Assembly (NCBI GenBank): GCA_964035575.1
Contig: OZ037839.1
Location: 434,001-498,000 of the forward strand
Direction of reading: 5' to 3'
From: Rhynchopus sp. YZ270_cl-10
Lineage: Eukaryota
DNA: 64,000 nucleotides
Shown: positions 50,239-61,100 of the stretch, piece after piece
How positions within the stretch are numbered: position 1 is the first letter of the stretch
How the letters are laid out: each line of letters starts with the position of its first letter
Notes under the pieces: generated by a model
Databases searched by the model: none
Told to the model about the DNA's origin: nothing
The model's input: the letters and a program-made list of their open reading frames with translations, nothing else
Made by a program: the position numbers and the translations under genes

Positions 50239-52785
50239 TCACAGATGTCTGACGTCCAGCTCTGTGAGAAGCTTGTCCGGCTCTGTCTCGTGCAGTGCAG
50301 ATGCCACCACGAGGCTGGAGGCTTGCACCGCAGCAATGGGGTTCACGTTCTCCTGCACAAGTGTGTCCATGAGTGTTTCACCAAAGCTGTGTGTCGAGGC
50401 AACAACAACGTGCATATCTGCGGTAAGTGGAAGCAGACCGGAGCGTGTCAGTGAGTCCAGCAACCCAAATGCCTTTCCTCGGGCATCCGTCTGACCCTCC
50501 TTCCGCAGCCAGGTGACATCACTGGTGCCAAGCAAGCCCTGCTGGAAGGTGCGTTTCCACCCGTCACCCACTTTCACAATGGTTGGACGCACGTCGTCAA
50601 CCCCCAAGGCTTGCATGCTGCGCTCCAGAATGTGCGGAAAGGTGCTCACGCTGAGTGCGGTGCCGACAGTGCTTGGTGCAGGCGAATGCGGCTGTGTGGG
50701 GGTCGTGGGGGTTGTTGTGTCCGGGTCGCCTCTCACTGCACACGTCGACAGGCACTCCAGAACACAATCATCTTCGTCGAAAAGAGACGCCTTCAGTTGA
50801 CTGAATTTGGACGCTACCGGCATGGACTTTATCGTATCCTCATCCTCATCCTCATCATCCTCCTCCTTGCTCAGGAAAGCCTTCTTTCTGTGTGCCTCAG
50901 ACACCTCCTCCTCCTTAGCTTTGGAAAGCATCTGCTTCACAACATCCACATGGTGCTTCACCTGTGCAACACGATCCGACTGCTCCATCTTCTTCTTCGA
51001 CTGTGTGTCCTGCGACAGCAGGTCGCTCCGGATGTTGTACACAAGAAACAGGTCGAGGAGGTCCTGTGTCAGCTGGATCTCCTTCGTCAGGCTGCCCTCA
51101 GGCAGCTGCAGGACACGCTCGAGGTGTGGCTTGACCTGCACGACGCACATCCCAAACAGCGTCGACTCCATCTGCATGCTGCGGTAGGCTTCGGCAAAGG
51201 CACGCTGCTCTGGCGACAGGCCCTCGACAGCCTTCGCAAACTCTTTCTTGCTGGGAATCGTCTCCAGGAGCAAAGGGATGTCGAAGACGTCACGGTTCTG
51301 CACAATGAGCGCATGCTTCGGGCGGAACGCATCGTCGCCACTGACAGTGCCCAGGAGCACCACAAAGGCACTGAACTGCTGTGCCTCTGCCCGCAGATGC
51401 ACATGGTCTGCAATGTTCCCACTGCCCCCGCCAAACTGATGGTCCACGAACGTGTGGAGGTGCAACTGTGCTTGCAGGGTTGCTTCCGTTGTGGCGTTCA
51501 GGTCAAACCGCATCACAGCAGAGCCCAGGGAGCGCGAAAACGTCGGAACAGGCAGGTTGTCAAAGCGTGTGTCCTGTATGATGATGCTGCCCTCAGGGTT
51601 CAGGTTGCCGTGCCGCACGGAGACAGCGAGACCACGTGGCACGAAGGCGCGCTGCAGGTGTTTCCGCATGTGGAAGCCCATGTACTCGGCAAAGTCGGCA
51701 GTCGAGACCTCCTTCCCCACAGCCGTCGTGAGCTGCTCGCGGAGGAGTGCCTCCACGTAGGCCACACTGCGCGAGTACGAGTCGCACATCCGCTCAAGGT
51801 GCTGCACCACAAGCAACACACCTGCCTCCTTCCCGGACCCCAGAGACCCCGCATGCTCCAGTGCGCCCAGTGCAGCAACACGGCTGCGCAGTGCACGTGC
51901 CTGCTCTTCGACAAGCAAACCCAACTCATCCGTCTGCAGCAGTGCACCCTCACCATTGCCGTCCACTTCCACCATCAGCGGAACCGGCGCAACGACCAGC
52001 TCCTCCGCATTCGTATCGAAGCTTCCGTGCGCAGTGGCACCTTGCGCAGCAAGCACGCCTTTCATCTCATTGCGCATAGTTGTTGCAAAATGCGCAAGAT
52101 CGGCAAAGAAGGTCTTCGCCTCATCGACGTCCTTGTTCCTGCATGCAGTGCGGCATGTGTCCAGGTCGCGGTTGATGCGGAAGTGCATGCCCCCCTTCGT
52201 GTGCACAGTGCTGTACTGCTGCAGCAGCCACGTCAGGTCCAAGGCAGCCAGCACCCTTTGCTCCGTTGTTGCGAACGGTGCCTGCTTCGTCCGAGTCAGC
52301 ACCTCGGCAGACCGCTTGCGCACAACCGTCGTGTGGTCTTTCCCGTTCCCATTCCCACACTTCAGTGAAAACTCGTACGTATACTCCACGTTCCAGACGT
52401 ACTCCCGCACGGTCGTCTTTTCCGCAAACATGTACATCCGACCGGGTGTCCCAGACTTCTCCGTCCTCTCTTGCTCGCGGAGGAACGTGCAGGTCGCCTG
52501 CCCACGCCCCACCAGCGCCGCAGTCGCGTCCACATCGACAGTCTGTTCCACCAATGTGCGGAGCTCTGCCTCCCCCAGGTTCCCCTCCACAAGCAAATCC
52601 AGGCCCTGCAGTGCTGCAAGCCCACCCATGCGCGTCACCCCCTCAACGAGACAGTACTTATCTTCAAATGTGTTCGCCACCTCCCCAGCCAGCACAGGGT
52701 GTCTGTGCGCCTTCAGCACACTCCGTGCATGGCCAATACCTTGGCTCAAACGCTTTCCCAACTGACTGTACCGCAGGCCCAACAT
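50239..52785 (-). CDS. Hypothetical protein, 848 aa, copy 2
   Basis: Translation identical to copy 1. Confidence 0.8.
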   Translation of the reverse strand: MLGLRYSQLGKRLSQGIGHARSVLKAHRHPVLAGEVANTFEDKYCLVEGVTRMGGLAALQGLDLLVEGNLGEAELRTLVEQTVDVDATAALVGRGQATCTFLREQERTEKSGTPGRMYMFAEKTTVREYVWNVEYTYEFSLKCGNGNGKDHTTVVRKRSAEVLTRTKQAPFATTEQRVLAALDLTWLLQQYSTVHTKGGMHFRINRDLDTCRTACRNKDVDEAKTFFADLAHFATTMRNEMKGVLAAQGATAHGSFDTNAEELVVAPVPLMVEVDGNGEGALLQTDELGLLVEEQARALRSRVAALGALEHAGSLGSGKEAGVLLVVQHLERMCDSYSRSVAYVEALLREQLTTAVGKEVSTADFAEYMGFHMRKHLQRAFVPRGLAVSVRHGNLNPEGSIIIQDTRFDNLPVPTFSRSLGSAVMRFDLNATTEATLQAQLHLHTFVDHQFGGGSGNIADHVHLRAEAQQFSAFVVLLGTVSGDDAFRPKHALIVQNRDVFDIPLLLETIPSKKEFAKAVEGLSPEQRAFAEAYRSMQMESTLFGMCVVQVKPHLERVLQLPEGSLTKEIQLTQDLLDLFLVYNIRSDLLSQDTQSKKKMEQSDRVAQVKHHVDVVKQMLSKAKEEEVSEAHRKKAFLSKEEDDEDEDEDTIKSMPVASKFSQLKASLFDEDDCVLECLSTCAVRGDPDTTTPTTPTQPHSPAPSTVGTALSVSTFPHILERSMQALGVDDVRPTIVKVGDGWKRTFQQGLLGTSDVTWLRKEGQTDARGKAFGLLDSLTRSGLLPLTADMHVVVASTHSFGETLMDTLVQENVNPIAAVQASSLVVASALHETEPDKLLTELDVRHL

Positions 52786-53516
52786 GGTGTCGTGTGTAAC
52801 AAGATGTTCTGTGTGGGGGTTTGTGTTTTGTTAAAACGGCACTTTGTGCAGGACCTTTTCCATTAGTACAATTGACATGGTATTCTGCAGCTACTCCTCC
52901 TGGATCCGTAAAACAACCCACGCTCAAAGCTGCTGAGTCGAACAAAGAGAGAAGACATTCCACCACCCGCACATGTGTGACACTTTGCTGCAACTGTGTG
53001 CTGTTACTGCATGCTGTGCCAGTAAAAAAATAGGCGGGTATGCGTCCAATGAAAATCACGTCAGTAGAAAAGTTCGAGAATGTAGGTTTTATTGCTTTTT
53101 GTTTTGTGTTGCCGTTAGCTATAGGTTTAAGGACAAGTAGATTGCATGTACATTTTTGGAGTAAGAAACTTACTAACTGACAGAGTCTCTTTTGGCTAGC
53201 GCTCCTTGGAAACAGAAAAAGCGTGGAGTTCACACAGGGTGTCTACACGCTGTCAATTATTTTCAGAAAAAGTATAATTTTGTCAAAATGTACCTAAGCC
53301 TCTCTGTGCTTACGTCACTTTGAATAGAATCGTTATCGCACAGCATCAGCTGTGTGGTGTTGCACAAGGGAAAAGGTGCAAGTCTAAAAACTACTTTCCA
53401 AAGAAGAGAATATACAGCATCAGATGCACAGCTTTGCATAGGGAACGCAACTCTAATACGTTGGTGATGTTCAAAGCTACCTACACTGCGTGGGGTTCGG
53501 TATTTTTTTTGTCTTT

Positions 53517-56063
53517 TCACAGATGTCTGACGTCCAGCTCTGTGAGAAGCTTGTCCGGCTCTGTCTCGTGCAGTGCAGATGCCACCACGAGGCTGGAGGC
53601 TTGCACCGCAGCAATGGGGTTCACGTTCTCCTGCACAAGTGTGTCCATGAGTGTTTCACCAAAGCTGTGTGTCGAGGCAACAACAACGTGCATATCTGCG
53701 GTAAGTGGAAGCAGACCGGAGCGTGTCAGTGAGTCCAGCAACCCAAATGCCTTTCCTCGGGCATCCGTCTGACCCTCCTTCCGCAGCCAGGTGACATCAC
53801 TGGTGCCAAGCAAGCCCTGCTGGAAGGTGCGTTTCCACCCGTCACCCACTTTCACAATGGTTGGACGCACGTCGTCAACCCCCAAGGCTTGCATGCTGCG
53901 CTCCAGAATGTGCGGAAAGGTGCTCACGCTGAGTGCGGTGCCGACAGTGCTTGGTGCAGGCGAATGCGGCTGTGTGGGGGTCGTGGGGGTTGTTGTGTCC
54001 GGGTCGCCTCTCACTGCACACGTCGACAGGCACTCCAGAACACAATCATCTTCGTCGAAAAGAGACGCCTTCAGTTGACTGAATTTGGACGCTACCGGCA
54101 TGGACTTTATCGTATCCTCATCCTCATCCTCATCATCCTCCTCCTTGCTCAGGAAAGCCTTCTTTCTGTGTGCCTCAGACACCTCCTCCTCCTTAGCTTT
54201 GGAAAGCATCTGCTTCACAACATCCACATGGTGCTTCACCTGTGCAACACGATCCGACTGCTCCATCTTCTTCTTCGACTGTGTGTCCTGCGACAGCAGG
54301 TCGCTCCGGATGTTGTACACAAGAAACAGGTCGAGGAGGTCCTGTGTCAGCTGGATCTCCTTCGTCAGGCTGCCCTCAGGCAGCTGCAGGACACGCTCGA
54401 GGTGTGGCTTGACCTGCACGACGCACATCCCAAACAGCGTCGACTCCATCTGCATGCTGCGGTAGGCTTCGGCAAAGGCACGCTGCTCTGGCGACAGGCC
54501 CTCGACAGCCTTCGCAAACTCTTTCTTGCTGGGAATCGTCTCCAGGAGCAAAGGGATGTCGAAGACGTCACGGTTCTGCACAATGAGCGCATGCTTCGGG
54601 CGGAACGCATCGTCGCCACTGACAGTGCCCAGGAGCACCACAAAGGCACTGAACTGCTGTGCCTCTGCCCGCAGATGCACATGGTCTGCAATGTTCCCAC
54701 TGCCCCCGCCAAACTGATGGTCCACGAACGTGTGGAGGTGCAACTGTGCTTGCAGGGTTGCTTCCGTTGTGGCGTTCAGGTCAAACCGCATCACAGCAGA
54801 GCCCAGGGAGCGCGAAAACGTCGGAACAGGCAGGTTGTCAAAGCGTGTGTCCTGTATGATGATGCTGCCCTCAGGGTTCAGGTTGCCGTGCCGCACGGAG
54901 ACAGCGAGACCACGTGGCACGAAGGCGCGCTGCAGGTGTTTCCGCATGTGGAAGCCCATGTACTCGGCAAAGTCGGCAGTCGAGACCTCCTTCCCCACAG
55001 CCGTCGTGAGCTGCTCGCGGAGGAGTGCCTCCACGTAGGCCACACTGCGCGAGTACGAGTCGCACATCCGCTCAAGGTGCTGCACCACAAGCAACACACC
55101 TGCCTCCTTCCCGGACCCCAGAGACCCCGCATGCTCCAGTGCGCCCAGTGCAGCAACACGGCTGCGCAGTGCACGTGCCTGCTCTTCGACAAGCAAACCC
55201 AACTCATCCGTCTGCAGCAGTGCACCCTCACCATTGCCGTCCACTTCCACCATCAGCGGAACCGGCGCAACGACCAGCTCCTCCGCATTCGTATCGAAGC
55301 TTCCGTGCGCAGTGGCACCTTGCGCAGCAAGCACGCCTTTCATCTCATTGCGCATAGTTGTTGCAAAATGCGCAAGATCGGCAAAGAAGGTCTTCGCCTC
55401 ATCGACGTCCTTGTTCCTGCATGCAGTGCGGCATGTGTCCAGGTCGCGGTTGATGCGGAAGTGCATGCCCCCCTTCGTGTGCACAGTGCTGTACTGCTGC
55501 AGCAGCCACGTCAGGTCCAAGGCAGCCAGCACCCTTTGCTCCGTTGTTGCGAACGGTGCCTGCTTCGTCCGAGTCAGCACCTCGGCAGACCGCTTGCGCA
55601 CAACCGTCGTGTGGTCTTTCCCGTTCCCATTCCCACACTTCAGTGAAAACTCGTACGTATACTCCACGTTCCAGACGTACTCCCGCACGGTCGTCTTTTC
55701 CGCAAACATGTACATCCGACCGGGTGTCCCAGACTTCTCCGTCCTCTCTTGCTCGCGGAGGAACGTGCAGGTCGCCTGCCCACGCCCCACCAGCGCCGCA
55801 GTCGCGTCCACATCGACAGTCTGTTCCACCAATGTGCGGAGCTCTGCCTCCCCCAGGTTCCCCTCCACAAGCAAATCCAGGCCCTGCAGTGCTGCAAGCC
55901 CACCCATGCGCGTCACCCCCTCAACGAGACAGTACTTATCTTCAAATGTGTTCGCCACCTCCCCAGCCAGCACAGGGTGTCTGTGCGCCTTCAGCACACT
56001 CCGTGCATGGCCAATACCTTGGCTCAAACGCTTTCCCAACTGACTGTACCGCAGGCCCAACAT
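53517..56063 (-). CDS. Hypothetical protein, 848 aa, copy 3
   Basis: Translation identical to copy 1. Confidence 0.8.
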   Translation of the reverse strand: MLGLRYSQLGKRLSQGIGHARSVLKAHRHPVLAGEVANTFEDKYCLVEGVTRMGGLAALQGLDLLVEGNLGEAELRTLVEQTVDVDATAALVGRGQATCTFLREQERTEKSGTPGRMYMFAEKTTVREYVWNVEYTYEFSLKCGNGNGKDHTTVVRKRSAEVLTRTKQAPFATTEQRVLAALDLTWLLQQYSTVHTKGGMHFRINRDLDTCRTACRNKDVDEAKTFFADLAHFATTMRNEMKGVLAAQGATAHGSFDTNAEELVVAPVPLMVEVDGNGEGALLQTDELGLLVEEQARALRSRVAALGALEHAGSLGSGKEAGVLLVVQHLERMCDSYSRSVAYVEALLREQLTTAVGKEVSTADFAEYMGFHMRKHLQRAFVPRGLAVSVRHGNLNPEGSIIIQDTRFDNLPVPTFSRSLGSAVMRFDLNATTEATLQAQLHLHTFVDHQFGGGSGNIADHVHLRAEAQQFSAFVVLLGTVSGDDAFRPKHALIVQNRDVFDIPLLLETIPSKKEFAKAVEGLSPEQRAFAEAYRSMQMESTLFGMCVVQVKPHLERVLQLPEGSLTKEIQLTQDLLDLFLVYNIRSDLLSQDTQSKKKMEQSDRVAQVKHHVDVVKQMLSKAKEEEVSEAHRKKAFLSKEEDDEDEDEDTIKSMPVASKFSQLKASLFDEDDCVLECLSTCAVRGDPDTTTPTTPTQPHSPAPSTVGTALSVSTFPHILERSMQALGVDDVRPTIVKVGDGWKRTFQQGLLGTSDVTWLRKEGQTDARGKAFGLLDSLTRSGLLPLTADMHVVVASTHSFGETLMDTLVQENVNPIAAVQASSLVVASALHETEPDKLLTELDVRHL

Positions 56064-56510
56064 GGTGTCGTGTGTAACAAGATGTTCTGTGTGGTTTGGC
56101 TTGTGTTAAACGACACCTTTTCCAGGACGTACGGAGTTCTCCAGGCAGGCACTGTTCACGACGTTGTGGCCGTGCGTACCTTAGTCACCGCTAGACAGGA
56201 AACCTGACAAGCATTGCTCTCTCTTTCTCCCACGCTCTGCAGCAAGGAAGACAGGGCGGGAAAAGCGCGATAGAAAAAAGGGAGAAATAGAAAACGACTT
56301 CAGGATATGACAGTTAAATGAAATAAAGAAAACACTTTTTCGTTTATCGCACCGCAAAAGGTTTGTGTTTTTCACTGATGAATGTGAGCGATGTTAGAGG
56401 AAAAACAATACGCTAAAGCGGGCACGCACCATCCGTCGTTTTCCATTTCTATTCGTCAATGCTTGATAACACAAAAAAAAAACGCAAACCCACATCTAAC
56501 ACGGATGCTG

Positions 56511-56666
56511 CCAGATCTGGCCAGATCTCCAGATCTGGGACGCCCAGATCTGGCCAGATCTGGGAAAATTTTTTTTTTTTTCTGAAAAAAAAATTTTCCC
56601 AGACGTCCCAGATCTGGCCAGATCTGGCCAGATCTGGCCACATCTGGGAGATTTGGGACGTCTGGG
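56511..56666. repeat. Array of palindromic CCAGATCTGG decamers around an A/T foldback core
   Basis: Repeated CCAGATCTGG/GGGACGTC units flanking CTGGGAAAATTTTTT...AAAAAATTTTCCCAG. Confidence 0.8.
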
Positions 56667-57822
56667 AAAAATTTTTTTTTCCAGGTACCCCCAATGACAT
56701 AACGAAGTATCGCTTGAAGTACCGTTCAATATACGTTGCTCGTGTGTGCAAGTTACGAAGTAGGACACACAAGGTATATCAAACGATAAATCAATCAGAT
56801 AAACGTTACATCATTGGAAAATTGTTGGCACCGCCCCCTGTCTTCGTATTTATTACGTCGACAGGCCAAACAGCGTTGGGCTCAGAAGAAGCAGTGCAAA
56901 ACACTGGGGATCAACATGAGAACCAACTCCCAACAACACAGGCTACCGAAGTAGCAGGTGGGGTGTTGCGGGTGTTTGGGGTGAAAGAAAATCGATTTTG
57001 GTAAGTTACAGCAGAAAATTCTTAAGTTTGCACAATTGAGAAGGGTGTTACCACTGCCTAATATTATTCGTACATGTGAACCGGTAAGGTCGAGAAGGGT
57101 GGACACGGCATACAAGTACAAGTACAAGTAAGACGTACCTTCTACAAAGGCTGAATTCGCAATTCTTAAGGGATTGAATTCAGCCCCCACGTGGTGTTTT
57201 TGAGAAAATCATTCCATGGTATACAGCTAATGGTTCCCGAAGAATGATTCGCCCCTCCTCGTTCATGCAAACTTAAGAAAATTCTGAAGTAACTACAACC
57301 TGGCGTGCGGGTACAGATGCATTGCTTTGTTCTTTCCTCAAAGTCATGTGTGATCTCTCGGGTCTGTACTAAAGTCAGTGTTTAGATAAGCATCCACTTG
57401 ACTCGTTCTAACAACCGTTGAAATCTAGAACAAAACAATACACTGCCCCTTCTCACACCAAGCCGCCATGCTTCAAGAGCATGCCCTGGGCAAAAATTAC
57501 TCTGACAAAAATTGGTTTTCTGGGGGAACGCAATATTTTCTTGTGTCTAGTCCTCCGCAAGAGCAGAGGACAGACTTTCCGGATCCCGAAGTCGAATTTC
57601 TTGCACTAGCTATGCTCCCTGGGTTAAATGGCTATAGCAGTGACTGACTAAGAGTTTCATAATAAAATTAGGGTGGTCTATGGGGTGGGTTCATGGAAAA
57701 GTTGGTATATAAGCCCGACTTTTACGATCGCCACCTGGTTTTGAAATAATTGCACCAGCTCTTCCGTCGGCACTGCTTCGCTGTCACGATGAAGGGTCGT
57801 CGGTTCGGGTACCTGTTAAGAG

Positions 57823-57883
57823 AAATGAAATACCCCCCCTTCTTTATTTATTCGTTGTTTGTTGTTTGTTGATCGCATCCATC
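57823..57883 (-). repeat. Split direct repeat B2 (terminal)
   Basis: 61 bp identical to 58128-58188. Confidence 0.92.
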
Positions 57884-57954
57884 CTCGTCCGTACTTCAGG
57901 AAAAGCACACAGCACTTTTGGTGGTATTGAAATGCCCTGTGAAACCGTCCGCAC

Positions 57955-58188
57955 TTTTTTTTTTTTTTTTTTTTTTTTCAAACCCCAAAAGTCCCGAAAA
58001 CCCCGAAAAACCCGCGTCCTGAAGTACGGTGGAGAGGTGGAGCACAAGGGGGGAAGGGGAAAACGGTAAAACTCATGACAATCGACGAGCGCGTCTTTCA
58101 TTTCCAGACGTATTGCATACTCGTACAAAATGAAATACCCCCCCTTCTTTATTTATTCGTTGTTTGTTGTTTGTTGATCGCATCCATC
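57955..58188 (-). repeat. Internal B1-A2 junction of split direct repeats
   Basis: 57955-58131 matches 62733-62905 (apart from homopolymer length); 58128-58188 matches 57823-57883; overlap AAAT. Confidence 0.92.
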
Positions 58189-58195
58189 AGGACCC

Positions 58196-61100
58196 TTAAT
58201 AGGGACGCGCAGCGCTCTCGAAGAGAGAAGTGATCGCCTGTAGCTGCTCGTTTGTCTTCGCTTTGTCTCCTCTGGTGAATCGGTCCGCTCTCTGCTGTTT
58301 TGTCCCCACGTGAGCGCACCTCAGGGTCATCCCGTTCTGCTTTGCCGCCGCAAACATCTCCGACAGAATGGCGTTCGCCGCAAAGTTGCTGCTGTGTCCC
58401 CGCTCAATGCAGAAGACGGCAGACAAGTTGTCGACCTTCATGTGTACAGTGCATGCGCTGGTGTATTTTGCCGCCAATAGTACAGACTTAGCTGCCGCAT
58501 ACAGCTCCTTCAAGAAGATTGAGGTTTCCTCGTGACCTGCGCCGAACGTTCCCTGCGCAACCTTCTCGTCTTCGTCGTCTTCCAGGATTGCTGCCCACTC
58601 TGCTTTTGAAGCGTCTGACCACACTGTGATTGCTTTGGTGGGGGGTTGTAGGATCCAGCTGTTTGTCGTCATCAATGATATCCGCTTTCGCACTTCAAAA
58701 ATCACACTGGGAGGTACTTCGACATGTATGTCCCACAAAAGAACGTTCTGTAGTGTCTTCGAAGCCAGGTTTTGCACGAAGGTGATGGCTGCTGGTAAAG
58801 TGCACAGTGGTGTGTGTGTTGTGTACGAATGCCACACTATGCATCCAAAAACTACGTAGAACTGGCGTGGTGTCAGCTTCCCGGTGCGCAGCGCGGCCAG
58901 TTCATCCTTCTGCACAAACTTTTCGAGCCATGCCGGTTTGGATCGAAATGTGTGTTTCTCCAAGTTAAATTCCACTCCGAATACGCAGAACTGTTGTGTA
59001 GGGGTACCGTACGTCGGATCGTCCATGTTGAGCTCGACGTTTGCTTTGTCGCATCGTTCGCAGAATGACGAAAATTGTGCCACCGCTTCCTCTCGGGATT
59101 GTTGTATGACGATGAAGTTGTCTATCCAGCAGATACCAAACTCTTCGGGCAGTAGTACACGCGAGCAGCGTTGTGCAATCGCTGGAGCGAACGACCAACC
59201 CATCGCCAAACAATTTAACACTGTCCTAGTGAACTGTCCCCGTTCTCCTGCGGTGTTGACACCAAAAAACGGTCGGATGCTTTGGTCTACTTCGATTTGG
59301 TAGAACCAACTTCTAGCGTCGGACAGAACGACCCAATTGCTGTTCACTATTCTGTGGATAACAGCCGTGATGTGCGGCAGTCTCATCTGCGGTGGCGGAC
59401 CCATCGACCTGTTCAGCTTTCTGCCATCCACCACGAATCGTAAACCCCCCGACTTTTTCTCCACAGTGAAGGCATGCAGAATCACTTCTTGGGGTGCAGA
59501 AGTTCGCGACAGGACGCCGAAATCGATGAGGGTATCCAGATGTTGAGCCATGTGACGCGAGGTACCTCTCCTTATCCCTGCTTGCTTGTCCCAACCCTCC
59601 TTCAGGTGTGATACGAACGTTTCTCTCTTGCGGATGATCTGCAGAATGTCTTCCAGCTCGTTCTCCTTGTCGAGGCTCTCCAGTGTGTCTAAGCAGATGC
59701 GTCCTCTCGATATCGCAGCAATGTAGTCCTGGTCGGTTCCTCCTGCACGCGCCTCGGCGGGAGGACGAATGTTCGTGGCGCTGCTTCGTACGCATAGCGA
59801 GTTGTCGTACAGGCTCAGAAGCCCCGCATCCTCAGACGGTGATTGTGAGTCCTCCAATATGGTTTGTATGAAAGTTTGTTCTGAATCTGCAGGTAAATCG
59901 TCGGATGGTCCTTCTTTGTTGTAGACGGGGATAGGGTCGTGGTCGTAACTTCTTGGGTATGGTATTTTTAAAGCCTGCGGGATAGGTGCTTCATGCACGA
60001 ATTTCAGTCGTTTAGGTGCAGGGGCTTCGATAGCAAAGTCGTCTGCTCGACCCGTTGCAGACCTCCTTTCGGCAAGTAGCGGATGAGACCTTCCACCGTG
60101 TCGTGTCGCGTGATCATCTGGATCTGTTCCAACGGTACCCTCTTGTTGTTGAGATGGTGCGCCGCTCCTCGCCTTAGGGAGTGAGGGGTGAGGTTCTGAT
60201 TTACTCTTTTCAACGATTTGCCTATTGTCCTGTAAGAGAGGTCTTTGAATAGTCGGTCGGAGCCCTTCGATTTTTTCATCTGACCCTTTAAAGCTTTCAA
60301 CATCGACGGAGCCATATCCATTCCTGTGTGTTTCCCGAGGCGGAAAGGGTCTGACTTCGTGTCGACCCAGTGGACCCCAATCTGTGCAGTATGGTCGTTC
60401 ATCGAAATTTCTTCTGCTTTGAGGCCCAACACGTCTGAGCATCGTGCTGCCCCTTGCCACATCATCGTCAACGCCAGCTTCAGCGATGGGTTTTTGGCTA
60501 AAGATATAGCCTTGCGTATCTCCTCTGTTGTCGCCGGTGGTGCTTGGGTCGTCGGCTTCAGCGCTCCCAATCTCCTCAGTGCCCGTTGGTAGTCGGCCAA
60601 CAGTTGCGAACCTTCGGTTTTCGTATTCGTCATTCGTTTCAGCGCTGCCGACGCTACGATTGAGGTTTGTAACGCTGCTGATGGAAGCATGTTTTCCATT
60701 GTTCGCTTCTTCTCTAACCACAGAATGATCGCCTCGTCGTACCCTAACTCTGTCTTCATGTGTTGCTCCCAATTTGTTTTGAACTCGTTCAGACGGCGCC
60801 ACACGCTTCGCAGCTCCCCCATGTACGACCCCGATAACGCCTGTGACAGAGTGTGCTGCGCCTTCGCCATGACCAGTCGAGCTTGTTCTGCGGTGAGTGG
60901 CATTTCCTTCTGTCGTGGACGTCCGAGGTGCGAAGGAGGGTTTTCTACCAGCAAAGCGCTCAGGCTGAGGTTCTGCAGGGGCGGCGCGGCCCCTGAATTG
61001 TCTCCTCGTTTGTTGGCTGATGGCTTCACTTTTGTCTCCTTTATTGTCGGCAAACAGTCGCGAATTGTCTCCTCGTTTGTCGTATTTAGAATTGTCTCCT

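Larger units (their letters stand above)
46779..56094. repeat. Tandem segmental array, period 3278 bp, ~2.8 copies
   Basis: ORFs recur at exact +3278 offsets with identical translations. Confidence 0.95.

Noticed and set aside
57884..58195. Hammerhead ribozyme at the retrotransposon 3' end
   Set aside because: CTGATGG and CTGAAGT do not match the CUGANGA core, and I could not build the three stems.
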